Positions 48,276 through 57,278 are shown, counted from the first letter of the stretch. The stretch: DNA of 64,000 nucleotides from an uncultured Planctomycetales bacterium (GCA_964478715.1 CAYZIY010000006.1:23186-87185); one strand, 5' to 3'. Notes: generated by a model from the sequence alone, not told the origin. Numbers and translations are program-made.

Positions 48276-48734
48276 TTAGAAACCAAGATCCCCGCATGGG
48301 GAGCCGGCTGCCATATCCCGGCATATAATTTTCCCGTTACTGCAGATCGTGAAACCGTAGTCATTCGTTCGCCGGTCAATGCTGGCGGCCTCAACTCCGC
48401 TGGGGCAGACACCCGGATTACCGGCATTGATGATATCCGGCGCCAAGAAATTACTTGAAGCCGCTTGATCGATATCTAAAGGCCAGCCGGCATTATCGCT
48501 GGAGTAGCTGTTATGGTCAAGGCGCCAGCGTTCTTGAGAGGCCAAGACGGCTTCAAGAATGCGGCGCCCTTCTTGTGCCCGCTGGCGTTCGATGATTTTT
48601 CCCATTTTCGGCAACATCAGGCCAGCGATTATTGCGGTCATCAAGATTACGACCAATAACTCTGTAAGCGAGTAGCCGCTTGAATATATTTTCTCAGAAA
48701 ATATATCACGGAAAACTCTAAAGGAATTAGTCAT
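48276..48734 (-). CDS. type IV pilin (PilE-like)
   Basis: SG|YSLTELLVVILMTAIIAGLMLP; QERWRLDHNSY. The start position is uncertain. Confidence 0.8.
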   Translation of the reverse strand: MTNSFRVFRDIFSEKIYSSGYSLTELLVVILMTAIIAGLMLPKMGKIIERQRAQEGRRILEAVLASQERWRLDHNSYSSDNAGWPLDIDQAASSNFLAPDIINAGNPGVCPSGVEAASIDRRTNDYGFTICSNGKIICRDMAAGSPCGDLGF

Positions 48735-49182
48735 CCAAGTTATCGAACTTGCCGTTACCTGCTTTCGCGCCATCTTCTTCAATTTCTATCCAGTCATCAT
48801 CATTGCCTGGTGTCGGTGTTCCGCTTCCGGCCAATCTCCGAGTAGCTCTAATTCTGAATGTGGTATCGGTATTATCCTCCGCAGTATAATTGAATAATCT
48901 TCTGGCTGGATCATTGGGATTTTCAACATCGCATCCTGGGCAAAGATTATCATTGTTTTCTGGATCTGCTGTTTCATCGAGGCAACTATTATAGGATCCT
49001 TTAACAAAATAACATCGCTGGAGTGACTGGCGCAACTCACCGAGTGTAGAGAGCGCTTCCATGGCGCGGGACTGCTCGATTGTGTTGGAAAAACGCGGAA
49101 TCGCCAAGCCGGCCAACACACCCATAATAATAATAACAATCAGAACCTCAAGAAGCGTAAAACCTTTTTTGGATAACATCAT
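48727..49182 (-). CDS. type IV pilin, probable major pilin
   Basis: KKG|FTLLEVLIVIIIMGVLAGLAIPRF; strong SD AAGGAGG; first gene of the pilin array, after an intergenic gap. Confidence 0.88.
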   Translation of the reverse strand: MMLSKKGFTLLEVLIVIIIMGVLAGLAIPRFSNTIEQSRAMEALSTLGELRQSLQRCYFVKGSYNSCLDETADPENNDNLCPGCDVENPNDPARRLFNYTAEDNTDTTFRIRATRRLAGSGTPTPGNDDDWIEIEEDGAKAGNGKFDNLDD

Positions 49183-49297
49183 ACTTCCTCCTTCTTTTTC
49201 TTTATTCTTTATGGAATAATTCCAAAACATATTGACAATTCACTTTAATAGCATATTTTTCTTATCCGCACCCACCTCCTCTCGAGGATATATTTTT

Positions 49298-50527
49298 TTA
49301 AAGACTCGCGATATCAAATATTGGAAGATACATAGCTACAACGGCAATCAAGATAAACACACCCACTACGATGATCATCACCGGTTCGAAAATAGTCCCG
49401 AAGCGTTTTAAAAATGTCTCAACGGTTTTTTGATAAAATTCAGATACCTTGTTGAGCATTTTGCCCAGTTCACCGGTTTCCTCGCCGACCATAATCATTT
49501 GAACCGTCATCGGCAGGAAGAATCCGCTCTGGCCCATGGGCTCGGCGATCAATTTTCCTTCACGGACACTGCTTTTGATCTCTCCGATGGCTTTTTCGGC
49601 CGTTAAGTTATTCACCAGTTTTTGAGAAATATCCAAAGCGTAAAGGATGGGGACGCCGCTTTCAACCAGAATCGCCATTTGCGAAGTGAAGCGTTCAATC
49701 ACAAAAATCTTATAAATTTTGCCGAATTTCGGCAATAAAAACAGGATATTCTCAATATTACGCCGGCCGTTAAAAGTCAAAGTATATCGATGCCCTATAT
49801 AGAGTATAGCACCAAGACTGGCCAGTATCACGAGAAATCTGGTTCTAATGAGTTCAAAAAGACTAAGGAAAAAAAGCGTTAGTCCCGGCATATCCACATC
49901 AAAGGCGCCGTAAAGATCCTGAAACTTCGGGGCGATAACGATCGCAAAAAAGCAGATCGCCCCAAAAGCGAACAGGATGAGGAAAACAGGATAGATAACT
50001 GCCGAAACAACGGCCCGATTAAAAGCGTCTTGCTGCTCCAAATAGAATGCGAGTTTTTCAAGTACTTGCGGCATATTGCCCGAAGTTTCTCCCACTTCGC
50101 AAAGACTGACCCAGAATTGATTAAAAACTTTAGGATGTTTAGCAATGCTTGAGCTAAAAGAATTGCCGGCTTCTACCTCAAGGGCCACCTGAGTCAAGAC
50201 ATCAGCCAGCTGTTTGCTTTCGACCTGTTCGATAATGATCTTAAGACTGCGTAAAAGCGGAACGCCGGAATCCAGCATAGTAGCCATTTGATGGCAGAAA
50301 ATCAGTAAATCTTCAAGGCAGATACCACCGTGCGTGTAGGCTTTTCTATCGGCTCTTTTTTTGATTTGGGCCGATGGTGTGATGCCGGAAGAATAAGCCT
50401 CTATGGCAACAATATAGTATCCCTGATTTTGTAAACGCGTAATCAGAGTGTTTTCATCAGGGGCATCATCAGTTCCCTGAAGCGTTTTGCCTCCAACATC
50501 TTTGACTGTATAGGAATAACGTGGCAA
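49298..50527 (-). CDS. pilC: type IV pilus platform protein (PilC/GspF)
   Basis: QMATMLDSGVPL, HPKVF, GETSG, VGEETGELGKML, EP.MI, MYLPIF. Confidence 0.95.
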   Translation of the reverse strand: MPRYSYTVKDVGGKTLQGTDDAPDENTLITRLQNQGYYIVAIEAYSSGITPSAQIKKRADRKAYTHGGICLEDLLIFCHQMATMLDSGVPLLRSLKIIIEQVESKQLADVLTQVALEVEAGNSFSSSIAKHPKVFNQFWVSLCEVGETSGNMPQVLEKLAFYLEQQDAFNRAVVSAVIYPVFLILFAFGAICFFAIVIAPKFQDLYGAFDVDMPGLTLFFLSLFELIRTRFLVILASLGAILYIGHRYTLTFNGRRNIENILFLLPKFGKIYKIFVIERFTSQMAILVESGVPILYALDISQKLVNNLTAEKAIGEIKSSVREGKLIAEPMGQSGFFLPMTVQMIMVGEETGELGKMLNKVSEFYQKTVETFLKRFGTIFEPVMIIVVGVFILIAVVAMYLPIFDIASL

Positions 50528-50543
50528 GCTTGACTCCTAAAGT

Positions 50544-52250
50544 TTAAATCGTTACACTTAAGATTTCTTCCAGACTCGTAATGCCTTCAGCTACTTTTTT
50601 CATGCCGTCTTCAAAAAGGGTAATCATGCCGTTTTTACGGGCCAGTTCTTTGATTTCCACATAGGAAGCCTGTTTGTAAATGATGCGGCGGATATCGTCA
50701 GTGATATTCAAAATTTCCGTGATAGCGACTCGCCCCTTGTAGCCGGTTTGGTTGCATTCTTCGCAGCCCTTAGGGCGATAAATAAGATCCGCATTGATTT
50801 TGATGTCAGAAAATTGCTGTTTTTCGGGCTCATAAGCCTCTTTACATTTTTCGCACAAGCAACGGGCCAGGCGCTGAGCAACAACCATGTTCAAGGAAGG
50901 CATCAGAAGATAGGGTTCGACTCCGATATCCAAAAGCCTTGTGATGGCCGACGATGCATCATTAGTGTGCAGTGTGCTTAGAACCATGTGGCCGGTTAAA
51001 GCGGCCCGTACGCAAATTTGAGCTGTTTCCAAATCGCGCACCTCACCGACCATCATAATATCCGGATCCTGACGCAGGAATGACCGCAAGGCTGAGGCAA
51101 AAGTTAAGCCGATTTCCGGCCGGACATTCACTTGATTCAGTCCGTTAATTTTAAACTCTACTGGATCTTCGATGGTCATGATATTCTTTTTCGGATCAAT
51201 CAGTTCTTTGAGGGCGGCATAAAGAGTTGTAGACTTGCCGCTTCCCGTAGGCCCTGTTACAAAAAAAAGTCCATAAGGAGATTTGATTGATTTTCTGATT
51301 TTCTCCAGAGATTTGGGATCAAATCCCAGGTGAGATAGCTGCAGAGGCGCTGCCTTTTGATCTAAAATTCGCATGACTACTTTTTCTCCCCAGACGGTGG
51401 GGACAGTTGAAATACGCAAGTCAACGGTACGGTCTTCGAGCCGTACCATGATGGCTCCATCCTGGGGCAGGCGCTTTTCGGCAATGTCCAGCTTGGCCAG
51501 GATCTTGATGCGAGAGACAATCGGCAGATGAAGGTGACGGGCCGGCGGCGGGATTTCATAAAGAACCCCGTCGATGCGATAGCGCAATGACAGACGATCT
51601 TTGGTCGGCTCCACGTGGATATCGCTTGCCCGCTCATCAATAGCCTGACGGATAATCAAATCTACCAGTTTGACCACCGGGGCTTCTTCGGCCCTGGCGA
51701 TCAGCTTGTCGAGGCTCAGCTCTGTTTCTGCTTCTCTGCTGAGGATGCTGGAGCGTTGCGTGGCCGATTCATAGGTACTTTGAACTGCTGCTCCGAGCAT
51801 AGAAGAATGACTTTCGCTATAGAATTCTTCTATCGAATGAATAATATCTGATTTTGTGGCCAGCACAAGATTGACTTCACATCCGGTTATTTTCTTCAGA
51901 TTATCCATCAAGAGCAGGTCCAATGGATCAAAAACAGCGCAGGTGAGCGAATTCAGATGGCGCGATAAGGGCAAAACCAGATTCTTCTGGGAAAATTCCT
52001 TGGAAATTAAATCTTCCAGGCCTTGATTGGGCTGAGGTTTGAGCAGTCCCCCTTGGCGTGAGGCATAAGGGATATTGAGCTGTTTAGCGAGAGCGGTAAT
52101 CATTTCGCTCTCCTTAATCATACCCAGGCGAATAAAGATTTCACCGATACGCCCGCCCTCTCTTTGCTGATGGGCAATGGCTTCTTTGAGTTGTTTTTCG
52201 GTAATGAGCTCTTGGGCTAATAATATTTCACCCAGTTTTTTATAAGTCAT
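50544..52250 (-). CDS. pilB: type IV pilus extension ATPase (PilB/GspE) with MshEN-type N-terminus
   Basis: ASDIHVEP, GPTGSGKSTT, LRQDPD..MVGEVRD, TGHMVLSTLHTN, CxxC pairs. Confidence 0.95.
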   Translation of the reverse strand: MTYKKLGEILLAQELITEKQLKEAIAHQQREGGRIGEIFIRLGMIKESEMITALAKQLNIPYASRQGGLLKPQPNQGLEDLISKEFSQKNLVLPLSRHLNSLTCAVFDPLDLLLMDNLKKITGCEVNLVLATKSDIIHSIEEFYSESHSSMLGAAVQSTYESATQRSSILSREAETELSLDKLIARAEEAPVVKLVDLIIRQAIDERASDIHVEPTKDRLSLRYRIDGVLYEIPPPARHLHLPIVSRIKILAKLDIAEKRLPQDGAIMVRLEDRTVDLRISTVPTVWGEKVVMRILDQKAAPLQLSHLGFDPKSLEKIRKSIKSPYGLFFVTGPTGSGKSTTLYAALKELIDPKKNIMTIEDPVEFKINGLNQVNVRPEIGLTFASALRSFLRQDPDIMMVGEVRDLETAQICVRAALTGHMVLSTLHTNDASSAITRLLDIGVEPYLLMPSLNMVVAQRLARCLCEKCKEAYEPEKQQFSDIKINADLIYRPKGCEECNQTGYKGRVAITEILNITDDIRRIIYKQASYVEIKELARKNGMITLFEDGMKKVAEGITSLEEILSVTI

Positions 52251-52256
52251 ATCAGT

Positions 52257-53756
52257 TCATCTCTCAAAGCGGTCTAAAGCGTTTTCAACAACAGATTCCC
52301 GGTGAAAGGAATATTGTTTCTTAAAAAAAGATTCCTGAGTCAGGAGTGCGGATTGGACAGACTTCATATCAGGCAGAATATGCGGTGTAATAAAAATAAC
52401 CAGTTCCCGTTTTGTCTTATTATCATCTTTATGCCTGAATGCCATTCCCAGAATTGGGATTTTAGAAAGAATAGGAATGCCCGTTCTTGTTTTTTCACTA
52501 TCGTCTCTCAGCAAACCTCCGATAACGATGGTTTGGTTATCCGGTACACGCAAGATGGATTTTGTTCCTCTTTCTTCCGCGTCTTTGAATGTCTGCCCTT
52601 GAAAAGTGCCGCCTGTGCGGGCTTCGATGACCCGGGGTTGAATCGCCATGGTAATTTCTCTGGTTTCTAAATTGGCTTGAGGCGTGACAGTGAGAAAAAC
52701 ACCTGTTTCGACACGTTCCGCTTCAACGGATAAAGTGGAAGATCCTTCCGAGGCCTGGGTAATCGTCTTAATTCCGATAGCTTCATCAGTTGAGATCATG
52801 ATTTCGGCGGTTTCATTATTGAGAGTGAGAATTCGCGGTCGAGCCAGATTTTTGGTATCCGTATGGGTTTTTAAAAATTGCAAGGTGGCCGTCAGCCCCG
52901 AGGCGTCGATGGTGCCGGACGTATAAGTTGAGCCGGTGACCGAGCCTTTACGGACAAGCTCATTTTGATCCCAGGGATAATAATGGGTACGGCTGCCACC
53001 GGTAAAAGAAAGCGGTGTCGCTCCCGGTTTAATCCCCATCAAATCGGCAATAGATTTGCTAATATCAAGCATCTCCACTTCGATCAATATCTGTGGAATC
53101 GGAACATCCAGTCGGGCGATGGTTTGCTCTATGGCCGGGAAACGGTCGGGATAATCGCTGACAATAAGACTGTTGGTTCGGGGATCTTCAACAACCTCTC
53201 CTTCATTCGATAATACTCTTTTTAAGGCTTCCTTAATGCCTTTATCTTCCGATCCCCCTCCGTCGCTTGAGGAGCTTTCCGATGAGTCCTCTTCGCCTTC
53301 CGCGCTTTCAATAGTAAAAGTATCTTTTATTTTCGAATTGGATACGCTGGAATGTTTGAGGCGGTAGACCCGGGTAGTTAGTTGGGTAGAGACCGGGCCA
53401 AGCGATTTGACAATAAAGATATTGCTATCAGATTGAAGCTCGTAGGTTAAGTTATTAGCCTTTAAAATACGGTTTAAGGCTTCCTCTACCGGGACTTTTT
53501 CGAAATAAAGGGTGACTTGTTTGCCTCGGATTTCATCGGCGGCAATGAAATTCATGCCGGATTGCTGGGAAAAGATCTTCAGTACATCCGAAAGCTCAGC
53601 GTCTTCAAAGTCCATCGAGATCGTTTTGTCGTACTGGGGATAAATAAAACGCTTTAAGATATCATCCTCAAAGGCCGAAGCCGAAAGGGTTGATATCACA
53701 AGGGCAACACTAACAGAAAAAATAACAGCGAATATTTTTTTCATGGCACTCCTCAC
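52257..53756 (-). CDS. secretin (PilQ/GspD family)
   Basis: ISMDFEDAELSDVL (STN/N0), DPRTNSLIV (N3), QILIEV, VIGGLL, GIPILSKIPILG.AF, ELVIFITPHI. Confidence 0.93.
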   Translation of the reverse strand: MRSAMKKIFAVIFSVSVALVISTLSASAFEDDILKRFIYPQYDKTISMDFEDAELSDVLKIFSQQSGMNFIAADEIRGKQVTLYFEKVPVEEALNRILKANNLTYELQSDSNIFIVKSLGPVSTQLTTRVYRLKHSSVSNSKIKDTFTIESAEGEEDSSESSSSDGGGSEDKGIKEALKRVLSNEGEVVEDPRTNSLIVSDYPDRFPAIEQTIARLDVPIPQILIEVEMLDISKSIADLMGIKPGATPLSFTGGSRTHYYPWDQNELVRKGSVTGSTYTSGTIDASGLTATLQFLKTHTDTKNLARPRILTLNNETAEIMISTDEAIGIKTITQASEGSSTLSVEAERVETGVFLTVTPQANLETREITMAIQPRVIEARTGGTFQGQTFKDAEERGTKSILRVPDNQTIVIGGLLRDDSEKTRTGIPILSKIPILGMAFRHKDDNKTKRELVIFITPHILPDMKSVQSALLTQESFFKKQYSFHRESVVENALDRFER

Positions 53757-53768
53757 TTTATATTCTAT

Positions 53769-54143
53769 TTATAATTTATCGATTTTGAATTCTTTTCCCA
53801 TAAATCTGATCGAGATGCCCGTTGGTGAAATATCAAGGATTTCGGCTTGATCGATGGAATCTCCGATGCTGACAACCTCATCATTGACAATGGCTTGAGG
53901 CTTTTTCGTGTCCCAAATGAGACCGCTAATCGTCAAGGATGGGGGTATAATTTCTTCGGGAATTTCTTTTCGAATTTTAGTTTTGGGAGTAACTTTCTCC
54001 GTTGTCTCAATCGGCTTCGGCTTCTTGGGCAATTGCGAAACAAAAGGATTCTGAAATCTCAGATCCCTCCTTTCAAGAGCACAAGCCAAATGTGTTTGAC
54101 CGAAGAAGAGAAGACAGCTTAAGAAAGTGATGAATATCCTCAT
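53769..54143 (-). CDS. PilP/GspB-like exported protein
   Basis: Signal peptide, NPF, LTISGLIWD..PQAIVNDEVV..GD; lies between pilO and the secretin. Confidence 0.65.
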   Translation of the reverse strand: MRIFITFLSCLLFFGQTHLACALERRDLRFQNPFVSQLPKKPKPIETTEKVTPKTKIRKEIPEEIIPPSLTISGLIWDTKKPQAIVNDEVVSIGDSIDQAEILDISPTGISIRFMGKEFKIDKL

Positions 54144-54754
54144 GGTTGTCCTTCCTTGAAATTGATGGCAACGATATTAATGTTAGCTGTTATCTTATCT
54201 TCGCCTGGGGGATCTGTAAAAGAAAAATAACTGCTTCTTCTGGTAGATGAGCTTCCCATTTCAAAATTGTCGACTCTCAAATTTATGTTGGCGTTTTCCA
54301 GATCATAAATGAAATAACCGATCTGCTCATACGAATCAGCTCGGACCACCAGTTGCATCTGGATCGGATAAAAAAATTCGGTCTCGCGGGATCTTTGGGG
54401 TGTGTAATCAGAAATTTGAATATTGTTAGCGGTAGCCAGCTGGTTGATCTTCCCGATCAAATCATCCACTGTTTCCGGCCCCTGTGGCAGAGATGTTCTG
54501 ATGCTATTCAGGTCCTTTTCGGTCGCGTTCATTTTTTTAACAGCTTTTTCTTTTTGTGATAATTCATTGATTTCTTGTATTAAGGTTTCTTTTTCCTTTT
54601 GGATGTATCCGGATATTTTCATTGCCATAAATAAAACGGCCAGAATGATAACGATATTGGCCAAGATGTCTTTGCGCATTTTCAGCTGATTGATGATCTT
54701 ATTGATATCAATGTCTTTAATATCGTATTCTTTAAGATCCTGGAAAGTGAGCAT
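54140..54754 (-). CDS. pilO: PilO-like protein
   Basis: TM helix, coiled coil, LP, SYEQIGYFIYDLEN; synteny. Confidence 0.75.
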   Translation of the reverse strand: MLTFQDLKEYDIKDIDINKIINQLKMRKDILANIVIILAVLFMAMKISGYIQKEKETLIQEINELSQKEKAVKKMNATEKDLNSIRTSLPQGPETVDDLIGKINQLATANNIQISDYTPQRSRETEFFYPIQMQLVVRADSYEQIGYFIYDLENANINLRVDNFEMGSSSTRRSSYFSFTDPPGEDKITANINIVAINFKEGQP

Positions 54755-56296
54755 TTATTCGCACCTGATTTCAAAATGGGTTGACACGATATCATCTTCC
54801 TGGTTTTTGCGAACCGAGACCAAAACAATATTATCAAATTCAGCAGAAAATTCTTTGTTACGCCGCAGGGAATCGACGAATTCATTGATCACTTCCACCT
54901 GGCGTGATGAGTTTTTGTCATAAACCTGTCCTTGCAGAGAAACCACGGGGGATATTATGTTTGCGTTTTGATCCGTTTGGGATCTGGCGCGTTTTTCTCT
55001 CATTTCAATTTTCATATTATTGAGCCAAGCCCCTTTCGGAAGAAGCTGGGGGATCATGTTCAAATAAAAGGCGGTGTGCGTTTTTACCGGAACACTCTTA
55101 TAACCGTTGATTTTTCTTTCTAGTTCGATTTGCTTGCTTTGAATATCGCGGATTTTCAAGGCTTCCAATGGCGTTATTTGCTGGATAATACTCTGCTTGC
55201 GCTTCCTGACTTCATTTAATTCTCTATTTTGCCAGCTATAAAATATGCCAAGCAGAACAGCGCAAGCGACAGCGATCTTGATGGTGAGCTGAAAATCTAC
55301 CGGTGCCCATTCGACAGGGGCTTCCTTTTTTTTGGGTCTTCGCTCTCTTTCGGATAGATCGACTTTAAAAGGAAGCGGAATTTCTTGGCGCAAAGTTATA
55401 CCCATTGCCTGGAGACAACCCAGATCAATGCCCTGCTTCGATTCAAATAAACCTTGAGAACTGACAGCGGTTGTTTTGACACCAAGCGCTGTTTCAAGAT
55501 CTCCGGTTCGGCTTTGATTGATATCATCTGTAAGGAATAGAATCTCATCGACCTTTGCTTGAGAATGTTGACGGCGATAGTAGTCGAGCGATATTCTGAT
55601 TTCGTTTATCAGGTTGGTTTTTAGCGCGGCCTGGTCAGCGCTCAGGCTGCTTTGATCGGAAGAAAGCTTAAAATCTCTGATGAATTGTGGGGATTCGGAG
55701 TCGATAATCATAAGACTCCCAAACAGATTATTGAGCTGCAAAACAGCAGAAGTTTTTTTGGGTTGGATGATTTTCTTAGACCGCAGAAGTCTTAAAAGAC
55801 CGATGGGCGCCGGTTCGATGAATCCGACATCCAAGCCAGACTGCTCGATCAGTTCCCGGTATTTCCTGACAATCTCCTTGCGGACAGCAATGAAAAGAAT
55901 TCTGATGCGTCGGTTTTTGTTTTCTTTGACGGTTTGGGTGTGATAGCTGAATAATAATTCATCGAGTTTAAAAGGAATATAGCGACGCACTTCAAATTCG
56001 ACGACTCCTTTGACTTCTGAGCTGGTCATCCAGGGGATGTAGAAAGATCTCAGAATTATTTCATGACTAGGCAAAGCCAATAAGACATCTTGGTTTTGGA
56101 CTTCGTGATCTCTGAGGCATCGTTGGATGATTGCAGCTAATTTGATGTCATCGTCAATATTTTGAATGGAAGGCTGCTGCGTATTATCGAAAAGGCTATG
56201 TGGAGCCGAAAAGCAAAAAAGGCATTCTTTCTTTTGAGTCTGAACCATATTCAACGAATTGATTCCGAAATAGATACCGAGTTTCTTTTTATTCAT
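54755..56296 (-). CDS. fused PilM-PilN protein
   Basis: N-terminal actin-like PilM (LGIYFG, RYIPF, EIRISLDYY), then a TM helix, coiled coil and PilN-like LPKGAWL...LQG domain. Confidence 0.8.
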   Translation of the reverse strand: MNKKKLGIYFGINSLNMVQTQKKECLFCFSAPHSLFDNTQQPSIQNIDDDIKLAAIIQRCLRDHEVQNQDVLLALPSHEIILRSFYIPWMTSSEVKGVVEFEVRRYIPFKLDELLFSYHTQTVKENKNRRIRILFIAVRKEIVRKYRELIEQSGLDVGFIEPAPIGLLRLLRSKKIIQPKKTSAVLQLNNLFGSLMIIDSESPQFIRDFKLSSDQSSLSADQAALKTNLINEIRISLDYYRRQHSQAKVDEILFLTDDINQSRTGDLETALGVKTTAVSSQGLFESKQGIDLGCLQAMGITLRQEIPLPFKVDLSERERRPKKKEAPVEWAPVDFQLTIKIAVACAVLLGIFYSWQNRELNEVRKRKQSIIQQITPLEALKIRDIQSKQIELERKINGYKSVPVKTHTAFYLNMIPQLLPKGAWLNNMKIEMREKRARSQTDQNANIISPVVSLQGQVYDKNSSRQVEVINEFVDSLRRNKEFSAEFDNIVLVSVRKNQEDDIVSTHFEIRCE

Positions 56297-56335
56297 TATA
56301 GTGTAAAGAATGGTTCATCATTTAGTATAAGCGAT

Positions 56336-56527
56336 TTAAGAGCGTGCTTTACGGGCTCTCGAGCGCAGCCAACGATCAATTTCTTTCTTATCGAATCTCC
56401 AGACGCCTCCGATCTTGATCCCCGAGATCTTTCTTTGATTGAGCCAATTGTAAATGGTTTGCTTCTGGAGCTTTAGGTAGTTTGCCAGCTCATCGACATC
56501 CATTAAGCTGTTAAGTCCACGCGGCAC
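56336..56527 (-). CDS. stand-alone HTH_17 (excisionase/BldC-like) DNA-binding protein
   Basis: LMDVDELANYLKLQKQTIYNW...KIGGVWRFDKKEIDRWL. Confidence 0.9.
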   Translation of the reverse strand: MPRGLNSLMDVDELANYLKLQKQTIYNWLNQRKISGIKIGGVWRFDKKEIDRWLRSRARKARS

Positions 56528-56591
56528 AGGAAATATCTTCCTTTCTGGAAGTACGGTTCTTTGATTAGAATTAGTTAACCTTCTATTTTTT

Positions 56592-56620
56592 ATTACACTA
56601 TAATAAACTTACTTGGTCAA
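56592..56620 (-). promoter_or_regulatory. putative promoter of the HTH-pil operon
   Basis: TTGACC-N17-TGTAAT in an AT-rich intergenic region. Confidence 0.4.
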
Positions 56621-56713
56621 TTATAAAGTTCCCTATTTTTCAAAATGGTCAAATTTTGGAAAAATGAAAATACTTCTCGAAGCGGATTTTGGCTGGAGTC
56701 AAGCGAAGGAATC

Positions 56714-57043
56714 TCAATAGGATATCGTGATGCCTACCTCATCGGTTCCGCTGGGTCCGGCCCCTGCGGAATTAGCGACATTGACCGAAAAATCTTTTCC
56801 ATCTAGAGTTTCGCTGGGAGGAACGAAGGGTCCAGGATTACCCTGGAGCGTTCGGTAAGTGTAATGGTACCACAGGGCTCCCTTGGCTAGTTCTTCGGCT
56901 TTGATGCGGTCGATTTGATGTTGTGAATAAATTGCTTTTGAATAATTGGTGCTCACGACCCCCACGGTTACAATCATCATCGCGATGGAAAGAATGATCA
57001 CCAAAACCAAAACGACACCTTTACTATTTCCTGAAATCTTCAT
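56714..57043 (-). CDS. PilX/GspK-like minor pilin
   Basis: KG|VVLVLVIILS with no Glu5, as in PilX; KAEELAKGA. The start could instead be 57052. Confidence 0.7.
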   Translation of the reverse strand: MKISGNSKGVVLVLVIILSIAMMIVTVGVVSTNYSKAIYSQHQIDRIKAEELAKGALWYHYTYRTLQGNPGPFVPPSETLDGKDFSVNVANSAGAGPSGTDEVGITISY

Positions 57044-57278
57044 GCTTTTCATTTCCTTTATAATGAATATAGCTGAGACAGTGAGGGCATTGGATGATTT
57101 CATCGCCGTAAGTCATTTCAAAAAAAAGTGTACAATACGGACATTGTTTGTGGTTCGATCGATACTGCTCACATCTTTTTTCCTCTCTATAAGTATAATT
57201 GATCCAGGCGGCAGCAGCAAGCACAATCGCGATAAAGACAAGCAAAGCAATGGCTTGGGAGAATTCGATTTCGATCAT
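57024..57278 (-). CDS. small membrane-anchored zinc-ribbon protein
   Basis: N-terminal TM helix, then CPYC-x14-CPHC; ATG overlaps the upstream stop (ATGA). Confidence 0.75.
   Translation of the reverse strand: MIEIEFSQAIALLVFIAIVLAAAAWINYTYREEKRCEQYRSNHKQCPYCTLFFEMTYGDEIIQCPHCLSYIHYKGNEKHEDFRK

Noticed and set aside
49232-49259. Plus-strand TTGACA...TATTTT antisense promoter toward pilC
   Set aside because: Poor -10 match and 16-nt spacing in an AT-rich tract; likely chance.
53240-53310. Ser/Glu/Gly-rich tract in the secretin as a DNA repeat
   Set aside because: It is a low-complexity protein loop with no nucleotide-level tandem periodicity.
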